Below are positions 13,151 to 26,632 of a stretch of 61,975 nt of DNA, in pieces. The stretch covers positions 1 to 61,975 of the forward strand of contig JBFLGF010000114.1 in the NCBI GenBank assembly GCA_050230475.1, in the 5' to 3' direction. Origin of the DNA: Ancylonema sp. Taxonomy: Eukaryota. Below the pieces are notes generated by a model. It was not told the origin of the DNA. It was given only the letters and a program-made list of their open reading frames with translations, and did no database searches. The first letter of the stretch is position 1. The number at the start of each line of letters is the position of its first letter. The translations under genes and the position numbers were made by a program.

Positions 13151-15595
13151 ATGGCGGTTGCATCTGAAGCGATACCCGTCGCTGGAAAAAATGTGCTTGT
13201 AACTGGTGCAAGTTCCGGGATCGGCAGAGTCTTCTCCGTCCGTCTAGCAAAGCAGGTATGATGACCGAGAAAATCTCTAGATATCAGCGTTGGTTAGAAG
13301 TCTCCACACGGTCATAGCGTTGACATACGCAAGAACAATGACAATCTGTTTGTGCTTAACCCCAATGTGCATTAACATCCAATTCTGTCGGCCCAAAAGT
13401 GCTCTATTCCTGTACGGCCTACGTATTCTCAGCTAAGAGTCCCCATGCCACAGCCACGGTGCAGGACAGGGTGCTAGTGCCTGCGGTTCTTCTACCAGAG
13501 ATACGAATTTAGATGGTAGCGAGTTTGCGACTTCGGCGACCTACCGAGTTAGCGAATCTCATTGTGAAAATCAACATCATTATCTGTGTTCACCTGTCTC
13601 TAGGACATGACCTTCTTTTGTACAACCTTATCGAGAAGTAAGGACCATCCTGCTAGTTGTCTTGTGTTACCTCATGCAGAAGTGTGCCTTTGGGAACTTA
13701 CCACCTGCTGCACGTCCTTCCACTTCCCTTCCTGCAAATCAGAGCTTGCCCTAGGAATCCTTGTCGTTATGTTATTGCTCTCGGTGTAGATTTTTCTTTA
13801 CATCTATGTGGCGCCTTATCGTGGCCGGGTATTTCCATCCCCCCTCAGGGCTGCAATGTTGTCCTTGCCGCCCGACGGAAGAACAAGTTGGAGGAAGTGA
13901 ATGAGGAGATCAAGAACCTGAAGCCGGAGGGCAATATCACGCCTGGTGAGTAAATTTGCTAGTATAATTCACAGAGATGGCTGAAGGTATAGAAGCGACT
14001 GGAGTTATTTGGTACTACTCTATGTTACAATATGGTCCATGTCAGTCAAACGACATTCATCCTCGTAGGGTGGTAAAATTGTCTCTCTCAATAGGCAACC
14101 CGCATCCGTGTGAAGGCACCACAGTTGAGAATGATCGTCGTGCATCCTGAATGTTCTACTTTCTCCGAAGGTACAACCGTTCTTTCGGTACCAGAATACG
14201 GGTCTTAAAAAGGGTGATTATGGAGAGGCTGGCCTGCATGTTGTGTTGGTGCTTGGAAGACAACAATATTGCACACACAAAACACAGGCCGAGGTACCAG
14301 AATGAGATGTGCCAATTAGTGAAATGTGAACAAAATGAGTGGAAAAAGCAAAAAGAAAAAAGAAAGCCAGAGTAGTATGCCCCTACAAAATTTTTAATGC
14401 CTCGATTTCTGGTCCACGCAGGCAAAAGCGTGGCCATTGAGTTGGACGTGTCTGTATCTTCGGATTCCATTGATGCCGGGATAGAGAAGGCTTGGGCTGC
14501 GTTTGGTGGGATTGATGTGGTGGTGAACAACGCAGAAGTCTGTGGTACACATGGGTGTGTCAGGCGGTTAGGGGGGAGTCAAGTGTATTTGTGGAAGTGA
14601 GACACATACATGGTTGAAATGAATGATTATTCTTTTGAGTTGTAAGAGTTTGAATGCTTGTTTGATGACAAAATCAATCCCCCCCCCCCCCCCCCCCTCC
14701 CTTATCGTACTATCGTTGCCTACATCGAAATAGACACCACATTAGTGTCAACGATTTTTGTTTGGTGAACAGGCAAAAGGGGAAAAAAGGGGAAAAAACT
14801 ATCTCCAAGATTGTAGCTCATTCCTCTCTCCTACATGAAACCCAAATGTCGCGCGTGGTGACAATGTGAGAGGACAACCACCGCCTCATCGCCTTTACCT
14901 CTTCTTGGCATTGTGGTCCCTCCTCTCTCCTCCAGCGGGTCTTAACGAAGACCCCCTCTCCACTTCCGACACCGATTGGGACAAAATTCTTCACACCAAC
15001 GTACGTGGCGCGGGACTCGTCACCCAATCCGTAGCTAAGCGCATGATAGAGGCCAAGCGAGGGGGATCTGTCATCAACGTTGCGTCCGTTTGTGGGATCG
15101 AGCGGGGGACTGTGGCCGGACTTGCGGTGTATTGTGCATCCAAGTCGGCTGTCCTCCAGATGACTCGGGTAAGGGAGTGTGTGGTTGAGCATAGGAGGTT
15201 CCGGCGTGTAAACATAGAAATGTGGCAACTTTTGGTGTGCGATTGGCCAAGAAATGGATGGATGACACAAGCTTTGCATGCCACTTGCGATTTTGTTTTA
15301 ATGTTTGTTATTATGGCGTCTCGTGTTTTGGAAAAGGAGGAGGAGCTGGTCGACTGTTGTCTATGGCTACCCTCGATTCGTCACACCCGATATTTAGTGC
15401 AAATTAGTTTAATATACATGAAGCACTAGATGTTGACCCATTCACTATTGCTCGCCCCTTCATTCAAGGACTGTAGTGTGTGGTCGAATGCAGGTTCATG
15501 AGATGGAGCTTGGGCCTCATAACATCCGTGTGAATGCCATCCCTCCGGGGCTGGGGAGCCCGGAGCTCAATGAGCCCAAGATCCGGGCTCATTGA
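13151..15595 (+). pseudogene. Short-chain dehydrogenase/reductase (FabG-like), C-terminally truncated by a transposon; exons 13151-13255, 13849-13945, 14422-14544, 14936-15168, 15494-15595
   Basis: TGASSGIG Rossmann motif, VLAARR, NNAE (normally NNAG), YCASK catalytic motif and IRVNAIPPGL. The frame then runs into TE sequence (GSPELNEPKIRAH*). The FxTEM...DGG region present in the paralog at 36750-36959 is absent. Confidence 0.8.
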
Positions 15596-17028
15596 GCCCG
15601 GAGTCCACAGAGGTGTTTTTCCTCCGACTCCGAGCTAAACGTCGGAGCCCATGTCCGAGCGTAAGATCCGGGCTCGGATCCGGGCTCAGATCTGGGCTCG
15701 GAGCCCATGATTCATAAATTCATGAAAAAAACGGGAAAGCAGACGGATCCTACGGCCAGATCATCAGGTGAGAAATGATGTCTTTTTTTTTTTTTTTTTT
15801 TTTTGGGTGAATTTTGGGCTCCGAGCCGGGCTCCACGGAAGCTTAGAGCCTGGATCCTGGGCTCTGGGCTCCGGGATCTGCATTGGGCTCCGGGCCGGGC
15901 TCCGGGTCAGCTCCGAGCCCAGATCTTGGGCTCCGTGCTCGAGAGACTGCTGGTGGGGAGGGCGAGAGAGCACTAATCTAAGGGATGGAGGACGGGAGGG
16001 AGGGCAGGCCGGAGGGAGGGAGGTAGGTTGCGGCTGAGGGATGGACTTGAGCGTACTAGGCCGAGAGGGAGGGCGAGAGAGCACTAATCTAAGGGATGGA
16101 GGAAGGGATGGAGGGCAGGCAGGAGGGAGGGAGGTAAGTTGCGGTGGAGGGATGGAGGGAAGAGAGGGAGGAGGAAAAGATGTTGTTGCACCGCCACCTA
16201 GTGCTGTAGGAGATACTGTCTGGTTGAAGGAAGAAGATAAGGGGAAAAACCAGGTGGGATTACAAGCAACATTCAACGGCACATTCAGAGAAATAGTCAT
16301 AACATGGGCGTCATCATCGTCATTTGTGCTTGTCCTCTCCGTCCCTGGAGGAGTTTCAACCTGCGAAAAAAATAAGGCATAAATACATATAGCACTGATT
16401 CAGGAAGATTCAATCGCACACCTCAGAGAGGACAGGCTGATGGCCACATCAAACCACAAGATGAAAACCATGACTCAAGCCAATACATGAAATAAAATCC
16501 ATAACTTTCCTCTGCAGACACGTAGCACGATATAAACCCAGCTAAAAAAACTTGCCCTGTGCAGACCATCTGATTTCGCTGGCTGGGGGTAGTGACATCA
16601 TGAAGGGAGTAGTGGGAGGGGTGGGACGAGTGGAGGGGAGGGAGGCAAGGAGGGACGCAACGCATCGGGGCTGCAGGTATGGGGCTCAGGGATGGCCTCT
16701 TAATCTCGACTCCATGTCGGGCCAGGTCATCGCGGCTGTGCCACACTCATTACTGGAACTCGCGTTTTCCATTAGCAATCTATTTCTGCAGGGGCAGCGC
16801 AGACGTGACGATGTACAAATGACAGCACATTGGAGGGATGGACTTCGGTTGTGCCACACACATTACTGGAACTGGCTGTCCATCAGCAATCAATTTCTGC
16901 ACGGGCAGCGCAGACGTGACGATGTACAAATGACAAAACATAGGCATTTCATGGCATCAACTGATTCGATGTACATGTAATTCGCAAGCACATCCGCCTA
17001 CAGATCTTAATAAGAATCAGATGTTTAC

Positions 17029-17401
17029 CTTCAAACGAGATGTTTCCCCGTGCGATTTCAACTGCAAAATCAACAAACTTCAATCCTTGAGTACAACTTT
17101 CCATTCACGCGCCACGACGATCGATACAAATCAATCGAATGCACTAGTCAGCAACACGCATCATATGCATACATTCCAAGAGCCGTGACCTTCTTTCATA
17201 CTGATTGGACTTTTGCTCGTGACATACTACCTTCTCTGCTGCGTCGACACACCACGATACTTGCTCGAGAGACCCTGCAGTAATATGACAAAGAGCCAGG
17301 AAACGAAGGGCCCTGGCACGTAGAACCGTGGCATCTCCAGGCTTGCTCAACAACGAAGCATCAATTAGGGCCAGACCAGTGTGCAGGTCCCTTTTGTAAA
17401 A
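17029..17401 (-). pseudogene. Captured fragment resembling ZIP4/SPO22/TEX11 (TPR meiotic protein): exon ~17401-17231, intron, 33-nt exon 17061-17029
   Basis: Spliced translation FYKRDLHTGLALIDASLLSKPGDATVLRARALRFLALCHITAGSLEQVSWCVDAAEK|LKSHGETSRLK| with canonical GT/AG sites. It aligns nearly gap-free with recalled plant ZIP4 [23 protein letters not shown]...[41 protein letters not shown]. Confidence 0.6.
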
Positions 17402-17699
17402 ACGAATCAAATCGCGGTCCAAAATCAAGTCAATTCCGGCCGCTTGCCAGTCCACCTTTGGTACATGAACGCACGCAAGACACCTCAGAGTTCTGTTGTT
17501 CAGCCCAGCTACTTTTGATAGATCATTGGAAGTCAAGTGGGCGGGATTGTGAATTCATGCTGCGCAAAATCGCAGTGCTTTTCCGAAGGAAAGCAATGAT
17601 GCATATCTCGCTTCATCATCATCGGAATTGCACATAGAGCACATTGATAGGACGCAGTTCTCCGTTTTCAGCTCTCCCCTCTCCACTACAGAGGCACTC

Positions 17700-18470
17700 A
17701 GGCTCTAGAGCTCTGGTCTCCCGGCTGTGGAAGCTCTGCCTACGTGGGCTCTGCGCTCTGCGCTCTGCGCTCTCGGCTCCGAAGCTCTGGAAGCTCTGGC
17801 TCTGGAGCTCTGGAAGCTTTGGAAGCTCTGGAAGCTCTGGATGCTCTGGGAGCTCTGGCTCTGGAGCTCTGAAGCTCTGGCTCTGGAGCTCTGGAAGCTC
17901 TGCGCAACGGGGGCTCTGCGCTCTGCGCTCCGAAGCTCTGGGCTAGGCTCTGGAGCTCTGGGAGCTCTGGCTCTGGAGCTCTGGAAGCTCTGGCTCTGGA
18001 GCCCTGGAAGCTTTGGAAGCTCTGGAAGCTCTGGATGCTCTGGGAGCTCTGGCTCTGGAGCTCTGAAGCTCTGGCTCTGGAGCTCTGGAAGCTCTGTGCA
18101 ACGGGGGCTCTGCGCTCTGCGCTCCGAAGCTCTGGGCTAGGCTCTGGAGCTCTGGAAGCTCTGGATGCTCTGGAGGCTCTGGCTCTGGAGCTCTGAAGCT
18201 CTGGCTGTGGAGCTCCGGAAGCTCTGCGCAACGGGGGCTCTGCGCTCTGCGCTCCGAAGCTTATGGCTAGGCTCTGGAGCTCTGGGAGATCTGGCTCTGG
18301 AGCTCTGGAAGCTCTGGCTCTGTAGCTCTGGAAGCTCTGCTCTGCGCTACGGGGGCTCTGCGCTCTCCGCTCCGCACTCTCGGCTCCGAAGCTTATGGCT
18401 AGGCTCTGGAGCTCTGGAGCTCTGGAGCTCTGGAAGCTACGGGGGCTCTGCGCTCCGCGCTCTGGGCTGC
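17700..18470 (+). repeat. GCTCTG/GGAAGCTCTG minisatellite with higher-order repeats, inside the Pack-type element
   Basis: Dozens of GCTCTG(G/GA/GAA) units. The block (C/T)GCAACGGGGGCTCTGCGCTCTGCGCTCCGAAGCT recurs at about 17903, 18097 and 18227, with degenerate versions at about 18347 and 18437. Confidence 0.95.
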
Positions 18471-19005
18471 AGCACGTGATCTCAAGAGCCGGAGAACATT
18501 GGGAGCTCCTATAAATCTCGAGGGCCTGCACATGGGCGAGGGCGAAGGCGCATCAAAATTTCAGTGACTTCATCACAAATCTCACACAGGTCACGAAGTT
18601 CTCCATGTGGCGCCTTGGAAGTTCGAGCATGGCAGTTCAGTTTTTTACTTCCGGAATGCCGAATTCCCAAAATGAGCCCGAAGCCGCAATCTTGGGCTCG
18701 GCTCCGGCGGAGCCCGGAGCCCAAAGGGTTTCGCTGGCCTCCCCCCACACTACACTGTCCATAAAACTGTCACTGTATCGAGAGTTCATCTCATTTTTCA
18801 ACCCGGGTAATTCTGTATGACCGGTGCGGGTATCAAGGTCTCACACATGCGGGGCATATGACCCGCCCGACCAACACATCTGCAAGACAATAGCTGTACA
18901 GCTGAACCACTGAAGATCGGTTCTTCTACCGGGTAGTACAATTTTCAAATTCTTATCGGACAGTAGTTCTGTGGGCGGTGTATTCCAAATCCAACACGTG
19001 TAGTC

Positions 19006-21938
19006 ATGGAGGGCCTCGTAGCTCGTCTCGAGGCCGCAGTTGGCAGGCTGGAGACTGCTGTTACCGGGACTTCCTCCGCCCCTCCTCCCGCCGCTGGATC
19101 CTCTCCAGCAGCTGCGGTTGTGGCCCCTGCGGCGCCAACTCCCCTTGGCCCCTCCGCGCCTCAGGAAGCTCCCTCTGTTGTGGCATTTGAGGAGCTGATG
19201 AGCTCAGCATTGGCGCGCCTGGTAGTGGCAGGCGATAAGCTGGGGGGCAAAGTGCAGCAGGCCACGCAGCTCGTACTTCGCGGTTTCCAAGAGGAGAAAA
19301 CCGTCATCAAGGCCATGAGTCAATGCAAAGTACTCTCTCCGACTTCCAGTGTCAACTCTCCCATCGACCCTTGAAGTAGAGTGTGCTTCTTCTGCACTTC
19401 CATCACTCACCATCGCTGCAGCCACCAAATATGTGACCCATGGCGTGCCTTTACCCCGAATTCAACATCGTCTCAAAAGATCCTCGTGTCAATACGTATA
19501 CGAGTGTGCATCGACATTTCTCAAGCCGAACCCTATCGTATCAACCATTTGATTCGTCAGTATTCGTCGGATTCTTTTTCATTCTGACCGTTCAATGCGC
19601 CGGAGCATACTCCATCCCAATCCCTCTACCCCACACTCCCTCACTCCCCCGTCTCAATTTTTGTGTGAGTCAGAAGCCCGGCGTGGATGATCTCCAGAAG
19701 CTCGTCGGTCCCGTGGGCGCAACTCTGAAGGAGGCCGGGGCGCTTACCGAGGGTAAGAAGACGGCGGAATTCAATCATCTGAAGGCTGTGGCGGAGAGCC
19801 TTGCGGCGTTGGTGTGGGTGGTGTGGTCGGGTAAGGACTGCGGGATGAGCATGCCGGTGGGACACGTGGAGGAATCGTGGCAGGCGTCGGAGTTCTACGT
19901 GAACAAGGTGGGGGGGGGGGGGGGGTTTGGATTATGGATCTGACAAAGGATTTCTGAATATTTTATTTTGGGTGGATGGATAGAAATAGGTACAGTGGAA
20001 CCTCGGTAAGGGCACACTCTTTTATTTGGAGACATTGTGGTGCCTATCTAGAGGTTGTGCTTCTAGAGAGGGCAGGATCTTCAGGATTTGTGAATACCGT
20101 TCGATAAACGACCGTCCCTGTAAATAGGTTCTGCCTATACAGAAGGTGCCTATAGACAGGTTGTGAAGAGTACAAACAATTCTCATCTCTCTTTCGTTAT
20201 TGAGTGTGTGAGTGGGTGTGGGTTTCCTATCCACCCTCCACTCAGAACCCTCATTGGGCCCTCCACTCTCCACTCAGAACCAGTACCCCACAAACCGTCA
20301 CACTCAGAATCCGTACCCTGCAGATTCTGGTGGAGCACAAGAACAAGAGCCCGGAGCACGTGGAGTGGGCTCGCGCCCTCAAGGAGCTCTACATCCCCGC
20401 CCTCCGCGATTACGTCAAAAAATTCCACCTCCCGGGCCCCGCATGGAATCCCAAGGGCGGGGAGGTGGCCACTTTCAAGGCAGCTGCCCCTCCCTCAGCC
20501 CCCAAAGGCCCCCCCCCTCCCCCCCCCCCACCGCCCCCGCCATCCTTCCCTGTAGGGGCCGCCCCCGCCCCCACCTCCGCCCCCGCCCCCGCCCCTGCTG
20601 CCAGCATGAGTGCTGTGCTGGCGTCGATCAACAAAGGGGAGGCAGTGACAGCAGGTGAGATTATGGTTCCCCCCCCCCCCCCCCTGTAAGGGCGGGTGTT
20701 TGACTCTGTAGTGGGTGGGGGCGGCTCAGGGTTGAAGAAAGTGACGGCGGATATGAAGACGAAGAACCGTACGGACCGAAGTGGGTCCGTGCCAGGTGAC
20801 GTCCAGGAATGTGGGAAGGCACCCGCTGCGCCCGCTGCTGCTGCTGCTGTCGCTGCTCCTGCATCTGCAGCCCCACCTGTGTTCGAACTGCAGCAGGGGA
20901 GGAAGTGAGGGCGGGGGGCGACTGTGGAGTAGGATAGATGATTACTCCCATCATTCATATCGATACGCATAGCATAGAAAACCATCGCCCATGAACCATG
21001 GGATAGTTCCGAACTCAACCATCCGAAGTGACACGGATAGGATTCAAGCCTTTGGAACTTTGGAAGGTCTCCATCCTATCAGCACCGCCCTCAGACCACT
21101 TTCAGAAACAGAATCAATAATCACGCGGACCTTCCCCAATCCTCCCCCCCCCCCCCCCCCCCCCCTGCCAGATGGGTGGTGGAGAGCCAGATTGGCGCAA
21201 AAGAGTTGATCATAAAAGACACGGAGCCCAAGCAGACGGTGTACATCTACGGTTGCAAGAACAGCGTGATAACCGTCCAAGGGAAGGTGAACAACATCAC
21301 GTTAGACAAGTGCGTGAAGACGGCCGTCGTGTTCGATCACGTGGTCGCAGCATTCGAGGTGGTCAACTGCAGCAGCGTGGAGGTTCAGTGCAAGGGCAGT
21401 GCCCCCACCATTGCCGTGGACAACAGCGCGGGGTGCCAGCTGTACTTGGGGGCGGGGTCGCTGGGGGCTTCCATTACTACGGCCAAGTCGAGCGACGTGA
21501 ATGTGTTGGTGCCCGGGGAGGGGGCGGATGCGGATGATGTAAGGGGGGGACGGAACCTTTCCTCTGGTTGGGTGGCAGGATGGGGACGGACAGAAATTGG
21601 AGGGGGGTTCTTGTTTTTTTCTTCCCCCTGTCTTTTATTTTATTTCCCGTCTTATTTTATCCTTCTTGCTGAATCTTGATCTTGATTATTTTTGCCCTCC
21701 TCTTTTCGTGCATATCATTGATCCAATTTGCAACAAAAAAATTGCGTCCTCATTTGAGATGAGGATGTCGGCAATAGCAACACAGCAGTTGGTGTTGTGG
21801 GTTGGAAGTGTGGTTCTGATTGGTTGGGGGGTGGTGGGGTGGGGTGAGCAGATTGAGCACGCGATGCCGGAGCAATTTGTTCACAAATTCGAGGGGGGGC
21901 GCTTTCAGACCACGCCAGTCTCCCATTCGGGGGGATGA
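19006..21938 (+). CDS. CAP1: Adenylyl cyclase-associated protein (CAP/Srv2); exons 19006-19329, 19674-19907, 20324-20654, 20730-20904, 21172-21538, 21852-21938
   Basis: N-terminal LVARLEAAVGRLE motif, FNHLKAVAESLAALVWV, polyproline stretch, WH2-like GLKKVTADMKTKN, C-CAP beta-helix (QTVYIYGCKNSVITVQGKVNNITLDKC) and terminal PVSHSGG. All splice sites are phase-consistent. Confidence 0.95.
19993..20170. mobile_element. Degenerate pogo-like MITE in CAP intron 2 (related piece at about 42052-42213)
   Basis: Starts TA|CAGTGGAACCTC. Repeated GTGCCTATA motifs are shared in inverted form with 42055-42200. Confidence 0.45.
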
Positions 21939-22685
21939 GAACCTGATGTTAGAAAACGCCCCAAAATCGGTCCTCACTCGAAAGAGGATGGGGAAAACGC
22001 AAATGCACATGGTGCTATGTGACACGAATTTGTGCATTTGGTTTTTTTAACTGGACTTGTGATTCATTAGTTTTTTGTTTATTCGGGGGAGTCTTATGGC
22101 TGATAGCGTAGTCACATTATAGCCATCTCTCTTTTTTCCAAAGCAAGGTGTGCTAACTGAGTATGGTATTCTGCAAACGTTTTGGACCACTTTTGAAGCT
22201 GTGTCACGACTGTGTCCTCGTTGTTTGGAGTCGTCTCATATTTTTCGAAATGGGGAGTTGTGTGGATGAGTAAATCGTAACGCATTTTGTTTTCTGGCCA
22301 ACCTCATCACGGTTGGGCAGCCCGCCACCATTCAGTCGGAGTTTGATTGAACATAGGATTGGTGGCACCATCTCGTACCAACCAATGCTCAAGTTCGGAC
22401 CCCGCGATGCGATAGAGCATCTCATTATTTCCTGAACCACATTCTTGTGTCCCCCCCACCGGATCAATTGCTTTAAAGAAACAAAAACAATCTATATGCT
22501 GACAACGCGTACTTTAAGATAATCCGAAATAGGGACTCCCATACTTAGAAAACATTTCAAACATGACACAACAAGTCTACCCCATCCATTCAATAATATG
22601 TACAACTCCTCCCTCCACCACTAGAGGGGGGAAAAAACAAAAAAAAAGGAAACAAAAATGTAGCCCCACCAACCCCCCCCATTTT

Positions 22686-25718
<3,033 letters not shown>

Positions 25719-26632
25719 TCAAAGTAGCTTAACATTTCAATACGCGCGCACTGAATCCGCGGAGCGACTTCAGAGCTGGAGTTGCGAGACGAGCCATATG
25801 CTATTTGCCGCGCCATATGGAGAGGAGTGACAAAGCAGGGGGGGCAGATTTCAGTACTGCCCTTCGCCCCGGGCGGCCCCGAGGTTGAGGCGTATCCGGG
25901 ATACGGGGCCCCTATTTCAAAATATAATTTGTAGGGAGGTTAACCGGATCGATGTCTTGAATCCATTTTCGATGCTCGAAATTTTGTTCAAGAGTCCTCC
26001 CCTCATGTATTGGTCGCCTTCCTCCACACGTGGCCCAACTATTGATGATTGGCCCAACTAGTTGGCAATTTGTTGGGGAAAATGCCATCATGTCAGGCGA
26101 ATCATACCGGGTAGCGCCCCCGTCTACAGCAATTGTACGATTCCCCTCCAAAGAACAGAGAAGAAACACAAGTTTTCTCGTTTTGTTCCTCCTGCAAAGG
26201 CTTGTCCCTGACAGTAAGGGCCAGGGGTAAGTCGGACTGTATGCGGCTGCGTGCGAGGTGACGAATGCCACTCGGTTGATTATCACCATCAGTTTTTTAA
26301 ATTCGTTCCAAAATTTTAAAAGGATAGCACAGTTTTTTCCGCGAAACGACAAGGATGGCTGTTTCTATACTAACCGGCTCAGGTAAGCGTTTGGTCACTT
26401 TCGACATCCTTTGAGGGCACACTGTGCTCGTGGGTTCATCATACTGGTCATGGTCGGATTGACCCGGAGAACGACTGTCGAGGCATCTAAAGTACTATCC
26501 GAACGTGTGTTGCAGAACCTTGAGTCCTTGGTTGATATCATTCGGTATATTGTTCCTAACGCATGTCACAAGGGGTCGCAGAAGCTCTTCTCTGCTGCTG
26601 CGCCCCATCTCCTGGGACAACCTGCAACAGAG

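Larger units (their letters stand above)
15553..18752. mobile_element. hAT-like family A element carrying captured gene fragments (Pack-type); outer left TIR deleted
   Basis: First ~290 bp align with 11113-11400. Right end GAGCCCGGAGCCCAAAGGGTTTCGCTGGCCTCCCCCCACACTA matches 11889-11931. The interior is unrelated to the 10542-11931 copy and contains exon/intron-structured pieces. Confidence 0.8.

Noticed and set aside
17644..18531. ORFs of 100-263 aa on both strands
   Set aside because: They are products of the stop-poor GCTCTG minisatellite with no independent coding evidence.
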